From Oligoflexales bacterium (GTDB lineage: Bacteria; Bdellovibrionota_B; Oligoflexia; Oligoflexales; Bog-1112), in the NCBI GenBank assembly GCA_045105515.1, contig JBGCDR010000051.1, positions 1 to 64,000 on the forward strand: a stretch of DNA of 64,000 bases, read 5' to 3'. Of the stretch, positions 58,238 to 64,000 are shown piece by piece (position 1 is the first letter of the stretch; every line of letters begins with the position of its first letter). A program made the position numbers and the translations under genes. The notes beneath the pieces were generated by a model that saw only the letters and a list, made by a program, of their open reading frames with translations, did no database searches and was not told where the DNA came from.

Positions 58238-59872
58238 TTAGAAATTAAAACTTATGTAGCTTTGAACAAGGAATGAGTTTTCAGGGTCAGATTCTTCTTC
58301 AATCTGCCAAGCCTTGCCTGGGAGAAGTGCTGCACCTGCTATACCTACATCTACATCTTTACCAAAGTTCGTCCAATACTTAATATCTATTTCGTAGCCA
58401 AGGTCATTTCCATAGAAACCAAAGGGTCTTGTTTCACTGGTATTTGCTTCGTAGTAGGCTTTGATATCAGCATCAGAGAGGCTATTATTTAGGAAGCCAT
58501 AACTGGCTTTGGCTTCAAAATTTCCTAGACTCAGGTCTTCGTATCGATATCCCAGTGAATATACCTGAGCATTCATTACTCTTGTTGGGTCAAAAATACC
58601 GTCAACTGCAAGGTCATCGATTTGCGAGCGTCCATTAAACATCAAAAGGTTTGGTTTGAAGTTTTTGTGAAACGCCAAAGCTTCTGCTTTTGAGGAACGT
58701 TTTCCTACATTCATGGCTTGGTATTTTGCATCTGCAAGAGCGTCATCAGCTTCGAGGGCTCTGTTGTCACTGTAGTAGCCGTCAGCATCCCCTGGAGCGT
58801 ATGCATAATTTACCAGAAGTTGGTGTCTTGTGGCGTTTCCCTGCCTATAGATTTCTGGTCCAATATACCTGCCAGAGCTTGCAAGTGTCCAAGCTAATTC
58901 ACCGGCAAATCCGATGGTGTTCATCTTATTTGTTGCGGGTTCGCCATTTGCTTCATAAGCTCCTCCGAGTCCAGTTAGATTGGGATCGGCAGTCTTGCCT
59001 AGGGTAAGCAAAATTTCGTTTTTAAGAGCTAAATTTGAAAAGAAAAATCCAGTGTATAAATCAACAAATGTGAGCTCTGTGTTATTTCCTCCATCATCAA
59101 GCGATGCAGAGTTCAACCTTGCTCCGTAAAAGCCTATTTGTTTGGTTAGTGAAGATCCAGCATTTGACTTGCGATCATCATACATGATGGTCAAGAAAAA
59201 CTGATTAACATCATCGCTTTTATTGGCAGGGCCGAACCCAAAGTCTTTATCACTTTGCAGGGAATGGCGCACATAGGTACCGGTTTCACTGATCTTGTCA
59301 AAGCCAAATGAGATTCCAAGGGTCTGGGATTTTTGGAGGTTGATATCGCAGGATATACCATCAAAAACACTTGCATCAATTGCGAATGGGTCTTCACCAG
59401 AATCTAAAAATGCACCCATTCCCCATTGTCGTCCTCGTCGACCAGCCTCCAGGATACACCAATCAAAGGCATATCGACCGTAGGCTTTGGTTATTTTTGG
59501 AGCGTAGGGTTCATAGCGTGGTTCCATTACACTTTGGTGTTGCCCATCGCAGCCTTCTTCACTTCCGGTAGTACAACCTGCTTTGAGTTTAGCTTTGTCT
59601 CCGAGGTAGGCGTTCTGGGGGTCATCAAAAATGCTTAATTCTAGGAAAAAGCTTGATTTGTCATTGACTCTTGCTTCCCCTAGTAGGCGAAAACTTTGAT
59701 CCAATGCCTGATGAATTCCGCGTTTTCCTGATGCTCCTGGATTGGTCCTTGTCTCCCCGCGCAGTGAGTAATGTCCTTCACCATCTAAGCTAAGGGCAAC
59801 GGAGTGACTAGGTAAGGAACTTGTAACGACAGATAGAACCAAAAACTTTTTCAGCGATGCTTGAAATCCCAT
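58238..59872 (-). CDS. Outer-membrane beta-barrel protein (porin-like)
   Basis: Signal peptide, GR....WGMG..LD.G, LGYEID, C-terminal YISFNF. SD AAGGA precedes ATG 59872. Confidence 0.75.
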   Translation of the reverse strand: MGFQASLKKFLVLSVVTSSLPSHSVALSLDGEGHYSLRGETRTNPGASGKRGIHQALDQSFRLLGEARVNDKSSFFLELSIFDDPQNAYLGDKAKLKAGCTTGSEEGCDGQHQSVMEPRYEPYAPKITKAYGRYAFDWCILEAGRRGRQWGMGAFLDSGEDPFAIDASVFDGISCDINLQKSQTLGISFGFDKISETGTYVRHSLQSDKDFGFGPANKSDDVNQFFLTIMYDDRKSNAGSSLTKQIGFYGARLNSASLDDGGNNTELTFVDLYTGFFFSNLALKNEILLTLGKTADPNLTGLGGAYEANGEPATNKMNTIGFAGELAWTLASSGRYIGPEIYRQGNATRHQLLVNYAYAPGDADGYYSDNRALEADDALADAKYQAMNVGKRSSKAEALAFHKNFKPNLLMFNGRSQIDDLAVDGIFDPTRVMNAQVYSLGYRYEDLSLGNFEAKASYGFLNNSLSDADIKAYYEANTSETRPFGFYGNDLGYEIDIKYWTNFGKDVDVGIAGAALLPGKAWQIEEESDPENSFLVQSYISFNF

Positions 59873-59979
59873 GAGATCAATCCTTTTACAGTAAACCATG
59901 CTCAAAAGCATATAACACAAAAGATTTGGTGTGAAAACAAACCTGAGTTAAACCAAGACAATCTAAGTGCGGAAGAGGT

Positions 59980-60843
59980 CTAAGAACTTGGCATAGCATA
60001 GGTCTTGGGTGTGGCAATATTTTCTACTGCTTCTTCGGTAAATTTCAAGCGCTCTCGTCTTAAATCTATACATTTTCCCGAAGATAGGTCAATTGTGCAC
60101 AGCAATGCGCACAACCAAGGCTCAAGATTTGATGGCTCGAACTTTGCTCTACCCTTGCCTAAAAAATGACCTAAAGAGGCGGAAGTTTTTACCCCAATTA
60201 CAGAGTCATAAGATCCGGTCATACCGACATCGGTTACGTAACCCATAGAATGGTCAAATATCCTTTCGTCGGCTGTGGGGCAATGGGTATGGGTGCCATA
60301 GAGCAAAGTACAGCGGTTTCTAACATACTGAGCAAATGCCTGCTTTTCGCTAGTTGCTTCTCCGTGAAAATCTACAATAAATATATTGGTTTCTTCTTTT
60401 AGAGAGTCGTATATTCTGTCAAATGTTTCAAACGGGCACCGGTTATCACCCTTCATAAACACTCTGCCAGTAAGGTTGATGATTGCAACCTTTTTATCAC
60501 CAAGCTCGAGAAGACAGTAACCTTTACTTTCCTGATCAACATTGTACATATTTGCCGGTAGCAATAGATTTGCATACTGGTCTTTGAAACTATAAATTTC
60601 CTTCTTGTCGTGCCAATGGTTTCCAGTTGTGACGGCGGATATTCCCAGGTCATTGATCATTTGTAGGAAGATTTTTTTAGTGATACCAAACCCACCCGCG
60701 GAATTTTCGCCGTTGGCGATAATAAGGTCGGGAGAAAAGCTAGTCTTTAGTTTTGGCAGCAGTTCCTTGAGGCATCGGCGGCCTGCTCGGCCTACCACGT
60801 CCCCAATAACGATGATTCTGCTGGGTTTGTCTGAATTAGTCAT
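59980..60843 (-). CDS. ymdB: YmdB-family metallophosphoesterase (TIGR00282)
   Basis: IGDVVG, NGENSAGG.G, GNH, DFHGEATSEK, GTHTH, TDVGMTG. Confidence 0.93.
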   Translation of the reverse strand: MTNSDKPSRIIVIGDVVGRAGRRCLKELLPKLKTSFSPDLIIANGENSAGGFGITKKIFLQMINDLGISAVTTGNHWHDKKEIYSFKDQYANLLLPANMYNVDQESKGYCLLELGDKKVAIINLTGRVFMKGDNRCPFETFDRIYDSLKEETNIFIVDFHGEATSEKQAFAQYVRNRCTLLYGTHTHCPTADERIFDHSMGYVTDVGMTGSYDSVIGVKTSASLGHFLGKGRAKFEPSNLEPWLCALLCTIDLSSGKCIDLRRERLKFTEEAVENIATPKTYAMPSS

Positions 60844-60887
60844 TTTAGTTCCTAGGCCCAGAATGGGCTAGTAAGGGAGCTTTTGGC

Positions 60888-62477
60888 TTAGGTTGCGTAA
60901 TCAATGTACTTGCTCTCACGTAGTACAGAAATACGCACTTGACCCGGAAAAGTCAGTTCTTGTCTAATTTTTAATGCAAGCTCGTCCGAAAGGTCTCTGA
61001 CTTCGTCATCAGTGACTCCTTCGGGTTTTACCAAGGCTCGCACTTCCCGGCCAGCTTGAAGGACATAGGCACTTTCAATGCCTTGAAAGGTTTTAACGAT
61101 CTTCTCCATATCCTCAAGGCGTTTGATATAACTCTCCATGACTTCTTTTCTTGCGCCCGGCCGGTTGGTTGATAAAGTATTGGCGGCGCCAAGTATAACA
61201 GCCAGTGCTGAGGCATTGAGTAAGTCTTCGGCATGGTGGAGTCTTATTGCAGTGGATACTTCTTTATGCTCGCCGTATTTTTCAGTGATTTCGGCTCCAA
61301 GCTCAGCATGGTGTCCTTCAAATTCTTGGTCAACCGCTTTACCAATATCGTGAAGAAGACCAGCGCGTTTTGCCCTTTTTATATTCACTCCCAACTCTGA
61401 TGCTATCATTCCGCAAATTTGAGCGGTCTCCACAGAGTGCTGGAGAACAGATTGTACTCCTGTGGAACGAAACCTTAGTTTTCCAAGCAAGGAGATAATC
61501 TCCGGGTGCAAGTCGGTGATGCCGGTGTCGAAAGCTGCTTGCTCTCCATACTCTGAAATGATGCCATCAAATTCAGATTCAACTCTTTTAACGGTCTCTT
61601 CAATTCTAGCAGGATGAATTCTGCCATCTGCAATGAGTCGTTCCAGAGTTATTTTCGCAACTTCTCTGCGAACAGGGTTAAAACATGAAATTATGACCGC
61701 CTCTGGGGTGTCGTCAATTATGAGGTCCACTCCAGTAGCTTGTTCGATGGTGCGGATGTTTCGCCCTTCCCGTCCAATGATCCTGCCTTTCATCTCTTCA
61801 CCTGGTAAGTTAACAACAGTGATAGTCGAGTCGTTGACATACTCTCCAGAAAGCCTTTGGACAGCGAGGCTAATAACCTCAGTGGCTTTTTGTGAGGCAA
61901 CCTTCCTGGTTTCAGCCTCAATATGGCGGATGGATTCCTTCGCAGATTTGCGAGCTTCTTCTTCCAAGGAACTCATCAATTCCTTCTTAGCTTCCTCTAC
62001 AGATAGGTTCGCTATTTTTTCGAGGGTCTTCTTATTTTTTTCTAAATTAAGCTCATACTCAGCAATGATACGAAGCTTTCGCTTTTCTTCTGATAGGAGT
62101 TTTTGTTCGAGCTCAAGGTTCTTTGTCTCTTTAGCTTCTAGGGTGCTAAATTTCTTCTCAAGAGTCTGCTCCCTTAGCTTAATTTTCTTCTCGAGCTTAT
62201 TCATCTCAGTTTTGCGCCGTTTTGCTTCTTCTTCGAAGTTTTTGCGGCGTCTGCGCGACTCTTCTTTAGCTTCTTGGAGAGCCGACTTTACGATGCGATC
62301 AGCGTCTTTTCGAGCTTCATCGAGAATTTTTTTTGATTCTGACTGAGCGCTTTCATAGACACTCTCAAGTTTTTTCTTATTTGCGAAGAAAATCCCATAC
62401 AATGCTACGCCAAATAATAGGCCGATTACTACTAATAACCCTTCTAAAAAACCCACGGAATTAACCTCCGAATACAA
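60888..62477 (-). CDS. rny: Ribonuclease Y
   Basis: N-terminal TM, coiled coil, KH (MKGRIIGREGRNIR), HD (LLHDIGK), QAGREVR. Confidence 0.96.
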   Translation of the reverse strand: MYSEVNSVGFLEGLLVVIGLLFGVALYGIFFANKKKLESVYESAQSESKKILDEARKDADRIVKSALQEAKEESRRRRKNFEEEAKRRKTEMNKLEKKIKLREQTLEKKFSTLEAKETKNLELEQKLLSEEKRKLRIIAEYELNLEKNKKTLEKIANLSVEEAKKELMSSLEEEARKSAKESIRHIEAETRKVASQKATEVISLAVQRLSGEYVNDSTITVVNLPGEEMKGRIIGREGRNIRTIEQATGVDLIIDDTPEAVIISCFNPVRREVAKITLERLIADGRIHPARIEETVKRVESEFDGIISEYGEQAAFDTGITDLHPEIISLLGKLRFRSTGVQSVLQHSVETAQICGMIASELGVNIKRAKRAGLLHDIGKAVDQEFEGHHAELGAEITEKYGEHKEVSTAIRLHHAEDLLNASALAVILGAANTLSTNRPGARKEVMESYIKRLEDMEKIVKTFQGIESAYVLQAGREVRALVKPEGVTDDEVRDLSDELALKIRQELTFPGQVRISVLRESKYIDYAT

Positions 62478-62620
62478 TTCATTCTGGTTCAGACAGGAAA
62501 CATCTGCGTTTTAGGCCTGCTGATCTAAAAACTATCTTGAACTAGCTACGATTGCAACGCACGAATCATCAATATAGCGAGGCTTGGCTAGGTGAGGTAA
62601 AAATAGATCGCAAACTGCAT

Positions 62621-62656
62621 AAAAAAATCCGACCTTTAAGCAGAAAAAGCCGGATT
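62621..62656 (-). terminator. Intrinsic terminator of pal
   Basis: Minus strand AATCCGGCTTT...AAGGTCGGATT running into a T-tract. Confidence 0.7.
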
Positions 62657-62691
62657 ATTCATAAACTTTTTAAATATCTTGAGCGTTAGGT

Positions 62692-63189
62692 CTATTGCAT
62701 TGTGAATTCTGCTCTTCTGTTCTGTGACCAAGCGCTTTCATCATGTCCCTCAACAGCAGGCATCTCTTCACCGTAGCTAATGGTGGTGATGCGGCTATCC
62801 TCAACCCCTAGTTGCACCAGATATTGCTTAACAGATTGAGCTCGGCGCTCACCAAGTGCTAAGTTGTACTGAGTGGAACCTCTTTCGTCACAGTGACCTG
62901 CAACTTGTAAAGAAGTACTATTGCCTTTCAAGCTTTCTGCTAAGGCACTTAGCTTGTTTTGGCCTTCCATAGAAATCACGTCACTGTCGAAAGCAAAGAA
63001 AATGGTCTCAGGAGAATACGATGCCTGTGAGTCCATACTGTCCATTCCAGGGTCTGCTGGAATTTCTTGAGCTTGCTCGTCTGTTTGGACTGGCTCTTCT
63101 GCTGGTGGCGTCTCTTCGCAGCCGTAAAAGGTAAGACCAGAAACAGCGAGAAATAAAACAAGTAAAGTTTTGCGATTTATCCCCAACAT
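62692..63189 (-). CDS. pal: Peptidoglycan-associated lipoprotein (OmpA family)
   Basis: Lipobox FYGC; FFAFD, GHCDERG...YNLALGERRA, SYGEE.P, NRRAE. Confidence 0.92.
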   Translation of the reverse strand: MLGINRKTLLVLFLAVSGLTFYGCEETPPAEEPVQTDEQAQEIPADPGMDSMDSQASYSPETIFFAFDSDVISMEGQNKLSALAESLKGNSTSLQVAGHCDERGSTQYNLALGERRAQSVKQYLVQLGVEDSRITTISYGEEMPAVEGHDESAWSQNRRAEFTMQ

Positions 63190-63366
63190 GGTGTGCTTCT
63201 CCTCAAGTGCGACCGATGTTATGACGTACTATTTATAGAAAAAATTATTTCACAAACCCGCCTTCATGACAAATATTTCGTCAACAAAAGTTTGTTTGCC
63301 GTCAGTTTAAGAAGTTAAGACAAGCAGAGCTGATTTGCAAGCAATTAGGCTGCGCAGACCCTTGTT

Positions 63367-64000
63367 TTAGGTATACTTAGGGGTGCTTGCGGTTTTTAGG
63401 GAGCTGCAAAATTTCTTCACAATGCCAGAAAAGCTACCACATGACATGAAGATTACCGAGTCACCTGCGCGGCTGTGTTGAGCCAGCCAATCATAGACTT
63501 CACCATTGGTGTTGAAGGCATGTGATTCGTCTCCGACATTGGCAGCAATTTCCTTCGTATCCATTCTTTCTTGCTTTGGGATTCTTTCATCATTGGCGCA
63601 GGCACCAATCAACGACACATCTGCTTTTTTTAATGCTTCGGTGTAATCTGCAGCGAATATTTTGCGTCGTGAAGTAGCATTTCTTGGTTCGAAGGCGACG
63701 ATCACCCTTTTGTCGGGGTGCGAAATTCTGAAACTTTCAATTACGGTCTTAACCGCGGTCGGGTGGTGGGCAAAGTCTTCGTAGACCTGAATACCTTTGC
63801 TAGTGCAAAGATGGTCGAGCCGCCTGCGTACACTCTTAAACTTAAGAAGTATTTCGCCTAGCTCTTGAGCGTTGCAGTTCTTATTGAGAAAACCATTTTG
63901 TTGCATATAGCTTAAGCATCCGATAACCATAGCTATATTGGCAGCATTGTGTGCTCCTCCTAGCTTACAAGAAAGGGTCATTTGCCCCCAGAGGTCTGTG
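63367..64000 (-). CDS. mpl: Murein peptide ligase Mpl, C-terminal part (runs off the window edge)
   Basis: G.HN..N, F.SVRRRL, DFAHHPTAV, FEPRNAT, MS.GSF.G; the frame stays open to 64000. Confidence 0.85.
   Translation of the reverse strand, partial: TDLWGQMTLSCKLGGAHNAANIAMVIGCLSYMQQNGFLNKNCNAQELGEILLKFKSVRRRLDHLCTSKGIQVYEDFAHHPTAVKTVIESFRISHPDKRVIVAFEPRNATSRRKIFAADYTEALKKADVSLIGACANDERIPKQERMDTKEIAANVGDESHAFNTNGEVYDWLAQHSRAGDSVIFMSCGSFSGIVKKFCSSLKTASTPKYT

Noticed and set aside
2447..61353. Many other 60-140 aa ORFs nested in or antisense to assigned genes
   Set aside because: They overlap confidently identified CDSs and have no motifs of their own.
61633..62346. 237-aa + strand ORF
   Set aside because: It is an antisense shadow of the rny coiled-coil region, with S/R/F-rich composition.
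62478..62620. Possible 6S RNA upstream of rny, where it often lies
   Set aside because: The space is short, no long self-complementary rod is visible, and zapA/ygfA are absent.

Overview
A roughly 40% GC bacterial chromosomal segment made up mostly of housekeeping genes. The gene mix suggests a Bdellovibrionota/Oligoflexia-like organism; this is inference from RpoH, RNase Y-YmdB, TrmFO, type-2 IleRS, GshB, Pal, AmgK-MurU and many lipoproteins, PilZ proteins and pilin-like proteins. The left edge holds a decayed tyrosine-integrase remnant and an IHF site next to the 3' end of tRNA-Arg(ACG), followed by two tRNA-Ser genes. Core genes follow: htpX, mdh, gcvT/H, UvrD/Rep helicase, rpoH, amgK/murU, glpD, ABC-F, POT transporter, ileS, mgtE, valS, gshB, pgk, tpiA, trmFO, psd, dapA/B, ymdB, rny, pal and partial mpl. 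Five things stand out. (1) An AT-rich islet at 21.9-24.8 kb has a good sigma70 promoter driving an apparently non-coding ~94-nt structured RNA with repeated AGGA/CACAC motifs, which converges on a receiver-domain gene and an HTH gene. (2) Several intact ORFs look catalytically degenerate: pyruvate kinase, ArgH, an MBL nuclease, a CYTH lipoprotein and a receiver domain. The ArgH-like one is fused to an LptM/YifL-like lipoprotein module upstream of dapA-dapB. (3) There is a stand-alone FtsK membrane domain. (4) trmFO can only start at a non-canonical codon, most likely ATT. (5) There are four sigma54-type promoters, two with IHF-like sites. All family assignments come from recognising motifs by eye; no database searches were run.
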